DNA of 64,000 nt, taken from assembly GCA_965649765.1 (NCBI GenBank), contig OZ287756.1, positions 43,400,001 to 43,464,000 of the forward strand, given 5' to 3'. Shown piece after piece: positions 1 to 12,435 of the stretch. Both the position numbers and the translations under genes were made by a program. Below the pieces are notes generated by a model, which saw nothing but the letters and a program-made list of their open reading frames with translations, had not been told where the DNA came from and made no database searches. Source of the DNA: Bispira polyomma. Lineage: Eukaryota. The first letter of the stretch is position 1; every line of letters begins with the position of its first letter.

Positions 1-85
1 CTGAAAACATTTCGTTCCACATTTGCTGCACCAGTTGTATGTGACTCTGTTGTATCCTCCACTATGGCTTGTGTGGTTTCAGGTT
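1..85 (-). CDS. Thr/Glu-rich linker exon after the lectin domain, truncated by the window edge
   Basis: Acceptor gatacag| at 86-87; open in phase 1 as (E)PETTQAIVEDTTESHTTGAANVERNVF. No diagnostic motif. Confidence 0.6.
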
Positions 86-315
86 CTGTATCACATTATT
101 GTTATATGAATGTATTTCAGTTTTACATTTCTTTCAACAGCTTTGCGACGGCCGGTTTAGTGGTGAGGAAAACCACCAACCTATGGCAAGTACCTGACAA
201 ACTTTCTTTATTTGTAGCTACTGTTGCTGGTTAACTATACCGATCAAGGAAGGGTTGAAATTTTGAGTACCAATTAATTTTAGCGATTTCAGTGGCGATA
301 TTTAAAAAAAAATTT

Positions 316-427
316 CTAGTAAATATTTAAATTGTATGATATTTGAACAAAAACATACCCATTTGTGAAATTCCAGTAAATAATTAACTTGTATGATATT
401 TAAAGAAAACATACCCATTTGTGAAAT
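316..427. repeat. Two-copy ~55-bp tandem duplication
   Basis: agtaaata...ttgtatgatattt...aaaacatacccatttgtgaaatt occurs twice in succession. Confidence 0.75.
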
Positions 428-870
428 TGATTTTAGTGTAATTGTAAATGAGGCAAGAAGTATATATATATCACAGAAGGAACAGATTTAAATCTTTCTT
501 ATCGAAAAAGGCTGGCAGTTAACCTAACCTTACGTTATTTTCTTATCACTCTCGCATATTCAAGGAATACAATTCTAAATAACAGTTTGCAGAGCAGAAA
601 CTTTGACCAACTATTCTACTCCCTGCTTTCCTCCACCAGTAAACTGCCACTAGTGATATGACTATAAATTATTATTTTACTTTCCTTCAGTACCATACAA
701 TACTAAGATGTCAGCACTGCATCATGAAATTTTGAACATTTTACATCTTGAAATAGAGAAAGTAGCCTTTGGTGTGTGGTCTAGAGACTAAGGTTTAGTA
801 AAATACAACTCCTTTGGTGGCTAAAGGGGTTAAACTTAAAATATAACTAAGCATAGCATTCAGTGCTCAC

Positions 871-966
871 CCAATGTTGACTGGCACACAAAACTATAGT
901 CATCTGAACAGGGTTTGGTGTTCCAGGTTCCTTGTCTATTAATAACCACACAGTTATCGTAAGTAC
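871..966 (-). CDS. C-type lectin domain exon 3 (WND-like motif, closing cysteines)
   Basis: gtttcag|...|gtgagc, 96 nt, phase 1 to 1. Translates (G)TYDNCVVINRQGTWNTKPCSDDYSFVCQSTL. Confidence 0.9.
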
Positions 967-1189
967 CTGAAACATCAACATCACATGCTTTCATATTGTC
1001 ACTGCTGTGTACTTAAATGACACTCAATTCTAAGGTCCTGTAAGTCATTATTAGTCCAATCTGACTGAATATTGAATTCAACAATGAAAGTTCTTCTAGA
1101 ATTCTCGTTATGCTTTTGCGATACAATGACTGCAAAAAAAACCTATCCAGATAACCAGAATAAATAAACAATTGATATCTTGTATTTGT

Positions 1190-4100
1190 TACAGTAAATA
1201 TGCGAAATTAGTAAATACGCGTTTTTACTAATACGTTTCAGTAGATATGAGAACTTACTGATTTAGTCAGTAAATATGCGTAATCCCTAAAAATTTAATA
1301 CACATATTTACTTTTTTTTAGCTCTAGTAAGTTCACATAATTACTGAATTGTCTTATTATTTGTTAAGTGATGATTACCTAGTTACGTTAAGTCTTTTTA
1401 TCCATATGATGTATCATTAATAATGTTACAATTATTCTTCAAAATATTTACACCTGAAAATGAAAATAGATTTGCTAATTTCAATGACTTTTTCTTATAC
1501 ATTACATGTAATGTGGTATATTCAACTTTGATAATAAATAATGCCAATTAATTAATTAGATTATTACAAAAAATATGTTCATGGATAAATAGCTAGTAAT
1601 GGTAAGTTCATTATGTATTTTTAGGTACTACATTTGTCATTATCAACATCATTATTGAGAATTTTATAAAGAAGTTGTCATTAATTTAACCTAAAAGAAT
1701 AATATGTTCTACTAAATATCTAATAATACCCATTTAAGTTTTAAATTGCACTGCATATTGTTATTTAAACTCATTTAGATGTTACTGCAACCTGTAAAAG
1801 TTTAGTAGCCATAAGTACGAGATATAATTGGATGACTAGCATTCAATTGTGAGTCTTTAATGAGATTTACCTCCCACAGAAGCCACATTTAACAGTTTTA
1901 GTTACAACAAAGAAGGGTTTATAAAGGATTCTTTAATATAGTTATTGTACTACCTTCAAAGGTAGTGTGGCCTTTATAAACATGAGTCTTTGATGATATT
2001 TGGATGCTGTAGAAGCCACGGCTAACTGTTTAAATAATATCAAAAGAAAATATTACCTTACTATATTCTAGTATTTATTTTATTTAATTGTAATTTAAGA
2101 AAAATCAAATAATAGTGTTTAATTTATTAATTTGGTAGGGCAATACTCTACCAAATATAATATCATGGTTTGTGAACTGAACTGGTTGCCCTTGGCTACA
2201 ATGTTAGGACAACGTAATCTCAGAACTTACAAAGGCCTTGGCTTTCATATTTAGCATACATGTTAGGTCTGTTTCAAAGAGGCACCGTTAGTAAATTTGT
2301 GTTAATTCAGTTATAATTGAGGGAGAAACAGCCATTTTTCAGCCATTTAACACAAAAAGAGACAGGTTTGTAGGCCAATCTCAGACTGTGACATCATTCC
2401 CTTGTTCAAAGAAAGAGTTGAACTTTGTCCTGTAGTACTTTACATGCCAGTTAAGGGGCCCAGCATGATTTTCTTTTTGGCCAATGAAAATTTTGTCTGG
2501 GCATGGCTTGATCTAATTAGGAGTGTTAACTTTCTATTTTTCAAATGAAAACCTTGTCTGGGCGTGGCTTAATATAATTTGGGAGTATCAGTCACAATTG
2601 ATTTTCTGTAACTGCAGTTTTGCTTACACAAACCTGCTCATGACGTTGTTCACTTCCTCTTTAGTGATGCTGTTTGTATATTTTCACTAGAAGGTATTTC
2701 ATAATACTGAAATAGTAGAGTACATACAACCTCTATTATCCAAAATTGTTGAGAAAGTTACATTTTGCAATTATACTACATGACTCATGACAATTTGTTT
2801 GTTCTGTGTGCTCACCTGAAAAATTAATGTTAAATGTGTAGTTTGTGACATTGAAAAAAAGACCAAAGCAGCTTTCATTGGATTTGCTTGTACTTGTGCT
2901 AGGTTTACACTTGTTGATGTATTCAGTTGATTGCTAATGTGTGCGTTTGATTTATTGGTCAAAATTTCCTGCATAGCTTTTTGCTGTAGTTTACTTGCCA
3001 CAGCATAATTGTTAATACTGGCCACATTTTTATGGCCAGTGACTTGCTGTATTAGTGTGGATGGAACTCCGGCTTGCAGCAGTTTAGTGCGCATGGTTTT
3101 TCGCGATTGTTTTTTTTCCCCCAGTAATTCCTGCTTTTTGACACATAACTTTTAAGAAGTTGTTAATGGAATGCCTTCCTAAGGGAGCACATCTGTATCA
3201 ATATTTCAATTTATCTTCATTGACATTCATGTGGTGTACTGCAAGGTAAAATAGTGTACTTACCAGGAACATTTTTTCAGGTCGACAAACCATATTTCTG
3301 TTTCCAATATAGTTACTAGTAAAGCTAAAATGTTAAGATTCATATGACTATAAAGAGTAATTTATACACTTTGTAAAACTTTTTACAAAATTTAATTCCG
3401 TTCCATACTCGGTGAGATGTACCCATTTTGAAATATTGTTTCAGTCATTTTTTTCTCTCCGCATTTTTTTTATTGTCGCGAAGACATTCAATGAAAATGA
3501 GCCAAGATCTGTTACAATGATTAAACTTCAAAATATATTGAAATATATATATAACAAAGCATGCTACACAGAAGTTTTTGAGCGATTTCCTTAAATAACT
3601 GATTTTGTTTCCAACTTTGGAAAGGTTTTTGGTTAGGGTATGATTTTCGCAGCTGTAGCATTTTCATATAGCGTGAGTGAAAATAGAATATACTAGACAC
3701 TGTACCTATTTCGACACCCCTTTGATTTTACTGATGGTTCACTATTTTCGGGTCGTTTCTTTATTAGACATTTCGCCCATGACTTGTTCACACATTTAGA
3801 TGGCAAACTGATACATTTTATCGCATTGTTTTGACCACTGAAGATGAATATATACTGATAGGTAGCAGTACAAAAAATCCATCTTCGTCTGTTCCAAGCC
3901 AGAGCCCTACCTAATTGTGCGACCAATTATTGGTCGCAATTGTCATTTTGACAAATATTTTGACTACTCTTGTGAAAATAAACAAAAATGTACAGACAAT
4001 ATACATATGATGTAGTGTGATTTAAAGTAACCAAAATAAAGACATTAATAACTTTTGGAACACAAACAACCAAATAATACTACATGTACATCATATGCAT

Positions 4101-4328
4101 GAGAAACACTGAAAATACCAAATATTAATATTGAATCTAAATTAAACACAATAAATTAAACATTAAATTAAATAAAATAAATTTTCACATTACAAAATTT
4201 CAGTAAATGCGCATATTTACTGAAGATTTTAGGGATTATGCGTATTTACTGACCAAATTAGTAAGTTCAGGTATTAACTGAAATTTTTAGTAAATACATG
4301 TATTTACTGATTCTGCATATTAACTGTG
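1190..4328. mobile_element. Old non-autonomous DNA transposon with long subrepeated terminal inverted repeats (CACAGT-type end, possibly EnSpm/CMC-like)
   Basis: 1190-1355 (tacagtaaatatgcg...gtcagtaaatatgcgtaatccctaaaa) is the diverged reverse complement of 4200-4328 (ttttagggattatgcgtatttactgac...gcatattaactgtg). No target-site duplication resolved. Confidence 0.6.
2950..3300 (-). pseudogene. Crypton-type (DUF3504-like) tyrosine recombinase C-terminal relic
   Basis: Reads FYLAV...YRCAPLGRHSINNFLKVMCQKAGITG, then after a frameshift RKTMRTKLLQAGVPSTLIQQVTGHKNVASINNY, which carries the R, GH and Y motifs. Contains a stop and a frameshift. Confidence 0.72.
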
Positions 4329-4813
4329 ACATATATATACATCTTTATGTATATTTGTTATATATAAAAATATATAAAATATGGACAATTCTGGTTCATA
4401 AGCTGCTACATTAGAGCCAAACATCTGCAATGTAATCGCAATCATGACAAACCATATTATTGATTAAAGTTTTGCTGATCAACAAAGAAACCACCACGAC
4501 CAAAAGAGGTTTTGATATAGCTATACTACATGATATCTCATTAATCCATTGAAAACATATAGTTTTATGTGGCAAACAAATGTAATAGGTAAGTTTATTT
4601 CCTTTTTGTACTAAGTTTAGAAGAGTAGAAGGGCAACATATTGAAATAAATTATAATTGTCGACTTAATCCCTCAATAAATTGACTAAGCTTTCCTGATT
4701 GATCAACTTAGTATCTTGATAAATGGACTTAGCTCTCGGGATTTAGCGACTTAGTATCTCAATAAATCAATGTTATCAGAGATTAGAAACAGATGTTTAG
4801 CCTTTTACTGTAC

Positions 4814-4926
4814 CTCCATTAGGTTCATGATCGTCCGACCTCCAGTTAGACCAATCCAAATCTGAGCCATTAACCCATTCCCATTGGCCTTCTACACGCT
4901 GGTCAGTGAGGCCAATATACAACTTT
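4814..4926 (-). CDS. C-type lectin domain exon 2 (WIGL-like and EPN motifs)
   Basis: gttgacag|...|gtacag, 113 nt, phase 2 to 1. Translates (R)KLYIGLTDQRVEGQWEWVNGSDLDWSNWRSDDHEPNG. Confidence 0.9.
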
Positions 4927-5299
4927 CTGTCAACACAACATCATAGTTTATTTGTATTTTATATTTTAAACCTGCTTTAAAAACCAAATTAATAAACCAA
5001 TCATATACATGTGCTCCAATACATAGCCAGGTCCCAAGAAGAACATGTAGGTGTACAGGGAGGTACCTAGGCCAGGTAAGCGAGTTCGAAAAGATTTTAT
5101 GGTTGTAATATGAAATATTTATACTCATACCTACAAAACAATAAATTTGGACCAACTGGTTTACCTCAAATTATACATGCATACAGTTGATATGATATTG
5201 TAGATTTTTGACATGCCAAATAGATGGCATGCATCATCTAAAATGCAACATCATTGACAGTTGTTAAAATCGTAGTTGTTTGTTTCTAATTTTGTGATC

Positions 5300-6250
5300 A
5301 GGAAGGTGACGAGGAGGAGTAAGATTTAAATGTAGGGTAAGCGAGGACAAACAGATGCGTCTTAAGGTTGCTCTTGACATCAGAAAGCATTTTTCCGGAT
5401 TTTATATTGGCTGAATTATTGTTCCATAGAGTTGGTGCTGCAACGAAGAGGACGTACAATCCAATCTATTAACGGGTTCCTGTATCAAAGATGGAGATTC
5501 TATTTCCATTGGTAAGCATACTGCAAGACAGAAATTAGCTTTTAATAGTTGTGAGTGGTGTCATTTTTAGTGTCATTTTTAGAACATCTTTTTACTGAAT
5601 ATAATTCCGTTATAAATTTTTGGCTGGCAACTCAAGAAATATATGAAAACAGTTGTCACTTGAGCAGAATTTTATCAGAGAAGGAGAGTTTATTTCGAGT
5701 ACTCGAAAGTGATCATAAAAATAATATTGTGAATCAAATGAATACAATTATACTTTATGCTCAATATTACATTTGGAAGTCAAAACTAGCAAAAAACATC
5801 CAACCATCGAAGAATTTAAAAAAAACTATGCAACTTTCAATTGTATATAATAATATTGTTATGTAATAGCATGACTTTTATAGTTGAATATTTCTAATAG
5901 CTGGGGATGACAATGTTTGTGTCTGTCCTGTGACAGCAATGAGGCGAGCTATGGGGGCTGGCCAAAGTTGACAGCTTTGTATGTAGTGACATTGGGCTAT
6001 AAGTTGATGCAGTACTTGCTAACCAATGGAACTTTTTGAGAAGAGATGCACACTGACGCATAATTCCACACAACTCTGCACAAGTTATTCTGGATTGACT
6101 GTAGCTTTTGCAACTGTTAATTGAACTAAAAAGTAGAGAATTGCTGTAGTTCTATCGAGGGTACATTGAGGGTTCACTCATTTTAGAATAACCCTGCTCA
6201 GAATTTTTTGTTCAAACTAGGATTGCATTTGGATATTCAAGAAAAGGTAG
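5300..6250. mobile_element. Decayed LINE fragments (CR1/L2 3' end on minus, Tx1/L1 C-terminal piece on plus at ~5560-5870)
   Basis: Minus strand gives VAAPTLWNN...LKTHLFVLAYP; plus strand gives EHLF...FW...IILYAQYYIWKSK. Confidence 0.55.
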
Positions 6251-6437
6251 ATTGGCACTGACGCAAAGGTCAGATAAAAGCGAGTATAAGCTTAAAAATA
6301 ATAAAGACCTTAATCGCACACTTGCTACATTCCCATTTATTATGCTATTAAACAGGTCCAAAAATCAGATGGTTTGTCATAGCATTATCACTTTACTTAA
6401 CAGGGTAAAATATGGTATTACTGGTGTAATCACTCAC

Positions 6438-6618
6438 CTAGTTCCAATGAAACCATGCTTATCTAGAAATGTGTTGACCTCTGGTGACGTTAAATGTAGC
6501 AGGGTTCCCCCTCCTGTTTGACACTTTGCCAGGGCCTCGGTGAATCTGTGTTCTTTTGTCACCATCCAGTAACATAGGCCAGTAGAGGGAAGGATAGTGG
6601 TGGTACAGGGGCTAGAGA
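6438..6618 (-). CDS. C-type lectin domain exon 1, spliced in frame to the channel
   Basis: ctttcag|...|gtgagt, 181 nt, phase 1 to 2. Translates (V)SSPCTTTILPSTGLCYWMVTKEHRFTEALAKCQTGGGTLLHLTSPEVNTFLDKHGFIGT, matching the CTLD pattern C..CY...F.EA...C...GG.L..L.S.E.N.FL. Confidence 0.88.
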
Positions 6619-6869
6619 CTGAAAGTAAAAGGGCATAAATACTGTATATTAGAGGCTTATAGTACAGGGACTAAAGACAGACTGGAAGCCAAAAGGACTC
6701 ACAATAGTAGAGGTAAGGGTTAAAGTATATGGGGTTAGAGACTGGAATTAAAAGAGTTATAAGAGTAGAACAAAGACTTGTAACAATAAACTCCCCCCAC
6801 CACCCACCCCTAAAAGATATCAGAGAGCTGACAGAGAGTAGACAAGGTTCGACATATAAAATTTATTAA

Positions 6870-7132
6870 TATTGACCTACATAATAGCTGTCTCTCTTTA
6901 CTTTCATTATTATCTCACTTTACACCTATGTCTTACCTCCGTATGTCCTAATGGTATTCAGGTCATGTACGCCCCACTTGGCCTATATAATGACTTTCTA
7001 CTTTTACTTCTAAAGCTATCTTACTCCACACCCGTACCCTTACATTTCCTCTTCATAATCTAATTTAGGTCATCCAGGCCTCACTTGACCTATATAATAG
7101 CTGTATGCCTTTATATCTACAGTTATATTACT
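6870..7132. repeat. ~120-bp tandem repeat derived from an exon/intron boundary (left part)
   Basis: Units of ttgacctacataatagctg...taggtcatccaggcc, the same unit as 10503-10925. Confidence 0.75.
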
Positions 7133-10100
7133 TAGTCCAGTATAAATTTGAAAAAGCGTGAAATTTAGTAAGAACAAAGTTTTTTTGCAGAAATCAAATC
7201 TTTAGAGAGTCTAGATCAATAATCAGATGGGTGCCACTCTGGCATTGTTGAGCAATTGTTTTTATTCAACGAAATTCAAAATGGCCGCCATGCAGACCCT
7301 AGTATATCAAAAATGCACATTAAATCGTTATTTCTTTGTCAATTTTTAAGTGTAATATATCATTTTCTTTAGACTTTTACACCCTAATACATTCCTGAAA
7401 CATTTATAAGATATTAGGGACATTTAATTTGACTACCATACAGAAGTAACAAAAACCAGATAAAAATCACCATGACATTGCAATGCTTGTGCTTTAATTA
7501 AATGAGTTTAATAAAGTAAATTTAATGTTTCAATAATAGGGGTAGTTCTTTCATTGGCACAATAGTTTTCCGCCTCATGGTGACAATAGGATGTACAAGA
7601 TAATCTGGCTCTGTCACAACTACATCAATTACTGCTGCATGGAGTTTCAGAAGAACACGAACAAGCAACAACTTGTAGGAGGCTTGGTGGTACAACAGTA
7701 GCTGATCCATACACCGGATAGAGGATATCTTTATCTCTCTTCTCCCATCCAGCAAAAAGACTTGCACCCATTCTCTCCAGACTGACCTTGGACTTCACGA
7801 GGAGATTAAAAGCTGTATTTTTCGTATTCTAAAAGGATATGAAACACTGTCACAACCTGTTCATGCATGGAGGGGCAGCAAATTCTCACATTTTGAGCAA
7901 AGCTTTGTTGTAGATTCATTTATGCTCATGATCTTCATGTTGTGCTTTTTGTGTCTTGATGTCATATTTCCAACCAAAGTATGTGACCACTCAATCGCCT
8001 CCCATGGCAGCCAAATTGTGTTTACATTGTCTAATGATGAGTTACAGTCAAGAAATCCACCCCACAGAATCTAAGCTGCGTAAATCCCCAGGACTTATAA
8101 CCCCCCAATTTTTTGGAAATCGCTGCAGGGCAACAAGGGCAAACTCTATCCTTTTCTTCCTGCTCTCCAGCAGTACAGCCTGCTGAAATTATATGTCATT
8201 GTTTTATCGGCAGTGACTAATAGCTATGCTTTAACATTGTGACATCACAATGTGTTTAGTATGTTTTTGATGTCATATGTTGTATGCCTGTATTCTCTCT
8301 GAATGCCTGGACATTCTCATAAATCCTATGGCTTTGCTGTTGCTGCACCAACAGAATGGAACAGGTTGCCACAAAATGTCAGATCACAGCAGACAATATC
8401 AGGTTTTTGAAGCCAGCTCAAGATTCATTTGTTCAGACTGGCATATCCCCCACCTTAGTTACTCCCTGGTTGGTGCTCACTTGGTAACGACTTTTGCTCG
8501 ATAAGGGACAATCCCTTTTTGGAACTCAACGCATTAGAAGATTCTTATCAATTTTGCGCTATATAAATGTTTCTATTATTATTATTATTATGATACTCAA
8601 GTCTATCTTTCACTCAACCCTCATATTGCTCACAAAATCTTTTCGGCCTACTTGCTGACTGCCTCTTCTTAGTACTTGGATGAATTGCTCCAAAGTGAAA
8701 TTAAATTCCAACAAAACTGAACTTATTGTCATTGATCATAAGAAACGCAGTAAGTGTGTAAGATCATTATTCCCCATTAGACTATTGGGCAATGATATTC
8801 AGCTCTTTCCTAATGTAAAGAACCTTTGTGTAACCATTGACTCCACTTTTTCATTTGATTCGCACATCAGCAACATTTGTTGCTCCTGTTAATATCACAA
8901 TTGTGACATGAACATAATCAGAAATCATTTGTAACTGGGTACTGCCATTACTGTGGCTAACTCCCTTGTTAGCAGCCGTCTAGACCAATCCAATTCCCTT
9001 TAGCTTGGAGCCAAAACGTCTTACATTTACAAGTTTCAGTCCATTCGAAACTGTCTGTGATGAGTCATTTTTCATCTGGGTATCCATATTGATGTATCTC
9101 CATACCTAAAAAAATCACATTAACTTCCTTTTCACTATAAAGTTTTGTTTAAATTCCATGTGAAAACTTTCAAAGCTGTTATTTCTCAAAAGCCTTGATA
9201 CCTTCATGCACGTCTCTTCTCCAGCCACCTTAAAAGGATAAAGAGACTTCATGTTTCCTCTGTCAGATCTATCAAGAATGCTGGATCAAGAGCTTTCTCT
9301 AACGCTGCCCCTATGTTATGGAATGGTCTTCCAGTTGAGCTAAGATCACTTGAAACACTCTTTGGTGTTAGAAAAAAGTTTAAAACCCATCTTTTCAAAC
9401 TCACCTACCCCCATAGTTCCCTCCCTGTGCACCCTAACATCCTTCCTTATGACCTTTGCTATGTGTTTGGACTTCTCTATTGGTTTACTGACTCTGTTGT
9501 TGTGCTTTGGAAAATGCCACACATCAATAAGGCATGTTAAAAATCCACAATTCAATACAATTATGAATGCAACATGATTTATGGACAACTTTAGCTTAGT
9601 GATACAGTTTGTATTTTAATGATTACTAATTCTTTTTCAATGATTATCATTATCTGAGCTAGTTGGTAAATTATGTTATATTTATTATTGAGAAAAATTA
9701 TCCATTAGAAGTACTTATTTTATTCCCTAGGTTCTTAAAGTTGCGATGTATATTGTAAAGTATAAAGAATAAGATTATGTATAAGTACATGTATAACACC
9801 TCAACTGAACAATAATTTCGTGATCTTTCTAATATTATGCATGATTTTCAAAACACAAATAGTTATGGCCCATTAAATTGCTCTTATGTGTGAAACCCTA
9901 AAAAAAAAGTTGTCAATGAAATGGCGAAAATACTACCTGCACTAGGGTACATATACAATATTGTGGGGGTTTTTTCGCAAAAGCTGTCACACATACTATG
10001 CTATCATGAATTTTTCAAATCAGTGCATATCTGGTTTTAAAAAAATAGGTGCATATCTGCACAAATGTGGATGGAAATTTTGTTTTGTTGTAAAATCCTT

Positions 10101-10502
10101 AATGTACAATAAAGTGGTTATAACCCTGTCAGGGTGTGATGGTGGAGAATCTATTTTTTATTCTGCATCTGGCATAAAATAAACTACATTAAAAATTATG
10201 TTGAAAGCAGCCTTTACAATTGACACTTTGCAAAAAAATTACAATGTCATGGTAAATTTTAGCTAGGGTTTGTATAGTAATTATCTTGAATTTACCTAAT
10301 ATCTTATAAATATTTTAGGCATGTATTAGAGTGTAAAATTCTGAAGAAAATGATATATTCCACTTAAAAATTGATAAAGAAATAACGATTTCATGAGCAT
10401 TTTGAGTATCTAGACCCTCCAAAGATTTGATTTCTGCAAAAAAACCTTGTTCATACTAAATTTCACGCTTCAGCTGATTTTGGGGGTTTGTCTACTGGAC
10501 TA
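7133..10502 (-). mobile_element. Academ DNA transposon, internally deleted
   Basis: Ends TAGTCCAGTA...TACTGGACTA with ~250-350-bp imperfect inverted repeats and a 3-bp TSD ACT (7130-7132, 10503-10505). Minus-strand relics: XPG-like LHA.TGCDSVSYPF (~7830-7880) and a Cys cluster PPSLLQVVACSCSSETPCSSN*CSCDRARLSCTSYC (~7575-7700). Confidence 0.85.
8280..9560 (+). mobile_element. CR1/L2 LINE 3' fragments nested in the Academ element
   Basis: WMNCSKVKLNSNKTELI, FSNAAPMLWNGLP...FKTHLFKLTYP, and an (ATT)n tail at ~8575-8590. Confidence 0.8.
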
Positions 10503-10925
10503 ACTCTACATATGCATTCTTACCTCCCCTGTTGCGCTCCCTTTTTGTCTCCAATCTAGTTCACCCAGGCACTAAGTGATCTACATAATAGCTGCATACT
10601 TTTACTTCTATAGCTATTTCATTACACACACATATACTATACATTCCCTTTTTCTCCTCCTTCTCTGTCTCCAATCTAGGTAACTTAGGCGCCAAGTCAC
10701 TTACATAATAACCATATACCATTATGTCTATAGCTATTTCATTTTACACATCTACCCTACCTCCCCTCTCCCTTCTTTGTCTCCAATCTAGGTCATCCAG
10801 GCACCATTTGACCTACATAATAGCTGCATACCTCTACTTCTATAGCTATCTCATTGTATACATACACCATACCTTCCCTCTTCCTCCTCCTTTTCCGTCT
10901 CCACTCTAGGTCATCCAGGCCCCAC
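10503..10925. repeat. ~120-bp tandem repeat whose last unit includes the 3' end and donor of the channel exon at 10873-11053
   Basis: About 3.5 units of acctacataatagctgcatac...ctatagctat...tctccaatctaggtcatccaggc. Confidence 0.85.
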
Positions 10926-11053
10926 TTTGCCAGTAGGGTACTCAGCCTGTCACTGAGGTACAGTTTGGACTTCTTCACTGGATTGATATTGCACACACTG
11001 ATTGCTGGGAAGTCTAGTTCTCTGTGTTGTGTCCACTCTATGTCCACAGTCAC
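10873..11053 (-). CDS. DEG/ENaC channel exon: post-TM1 palm motif plus polybasic furin-type site
   Basis: atcag|...|gtatgg, 181 nt, phase 0 to 1. Translates VTVDIEWTQHRELDFPAISVCNINPVKKSKL...WRRKRRRKRE; FPAxxxCNxN is the family signature. Confidence 0.93.
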
Positions 11054-12435
11054 CTGATACAGGTAAATGTTTAGACTTTAGATTTAATATCAGGCACAGC
11101 CTGATATTGTTTTCAATCTAAATAAGGTGCAGCCATGTTGGAAATTGCCACCATGTTGTCGGTTTGGTCATGGATTGGTCAAATCTATCAAAATGGTCAA
11201 ATTGATGAGTGTCAGATATATATTATCGGGCAATTATCAGGCACAACCTGATTTTGCCGCCATATTGAAAATAATATATAAGATCTTCATGGATTAGTTG
11301 GACGCAATCAACCTGGCCCAACTGAGGGGTGTCAGTTGCATGTGTGAGTTTTATGTTTTCAGTTTAACATCAATTACAATAACTGCAGCATATTGGTTGA
11401 GGAATGCAGTACAAGAAACCTTGTCAATAGTTACCAGACATGGGAAAAGTTTTAGCTTCTAAATATATTTGAAATTTGACACAAATTTTTAACAACTGCA
11501 TTTCAGTGGTTGGAGAAAGCAGCAGAGTATACTTTATCCTTGGTCATCTGTCACTTTTGACAACTGCATATGATATTATGATAGTGAAGCAAAGCAGGGC
11601 ATGGTAGTTGGTCAATGTTTTATCCACTGTAAATCATTAGTCTTCAGCAAGTTCACCGTCAATTTTCCCACATATATTCAATAGCTAGATTTAAATCCGT
11701 GAATACAGTGTTGGGAGGTGAGAGTGTTAACCTCTAAGGTCCCCACATATACTGAGTGTATACTATATAAGCTTGGAGTAAATATATTCTTTAGTTGTCC
11801 AGGGAATGCAAGAAGCTGGTTCACAAGTGATATCCATCTTAGAATAACACATTTAAAATATCACTTGATGATCTTGTCTACCTTTAGGAAAGAATTAACA
11901 CTTCTGGTGTTGCAACTTAGTCTCTGTTACCTAAACTAAATGTAAATTAGACTAGTTTGGGTCTACCGTCGACTTACAACACGTTTTATGGTTTAATGTT
12001 TTGTGCACTGGTACATCAAATCAGAACAGTGTTCCCTGCTTTGCCAACAGACTGGCTTTCATGCAAGCCTACATCAACTGAAGGTAAAGTAAGAGCTCAG
12101 ATTTAAATTTGCTGATTCAAAAATCAGTACTGAAAGGCATGATAGCAAGTATGTTTCAGCATTTTGTCACATCTTCAGTTTCAATTAAATATTATGTCAA
12201 GATGCACTTTAATGGAGAATATGAGACCCTAATTCACAAGACTGCCTTCTTTCTATATTTTTGGCTGAAGTATTTCTAGTAATAAAATTATTCCTTATCC
12301 ACCTTTATTAAATGTACACTTTTACAAAAGAATTGTACCTTAGGTTAGTAATAATTAATAAACACAGGAATACTCACCTCATATTTACAGAATAATTGTA
12401 CCTTATGTTAATAATAATTAATGAACAATACTCAC

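Noticed and set aside
4803-4808. Alternative donor gtaaaa after GGT ACA
   Set aside because: It gives phase 0, which puts the next lectin exon (871-966) out of frame.
871-6618. Lectin exons as an independent nested gene
   Set aside because: No signal-peptide or start exon was seen between 6618 and 10873, and strand and phase fit the channel exactly. Not formally excluded without cDNA.
7135-10500. Tc1/mariner element with TA TSD
   Set aside because: TAG termini with a perfect ACT duplication and XPG-like/Cys-cluster relics fit Academ better.
10793-10872. C-terminal part of ORF 10793-11053 (GMVYVYNEIA...)
   Set aside because: It lies past the gtatgg donor inside the tandem repeat and is intron read-through.
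11400-11720. Possible extra channel exon or Cys-rich transposase relic
   Set aside because: The frames I read contain stops, and the flanking exons already join in phase.
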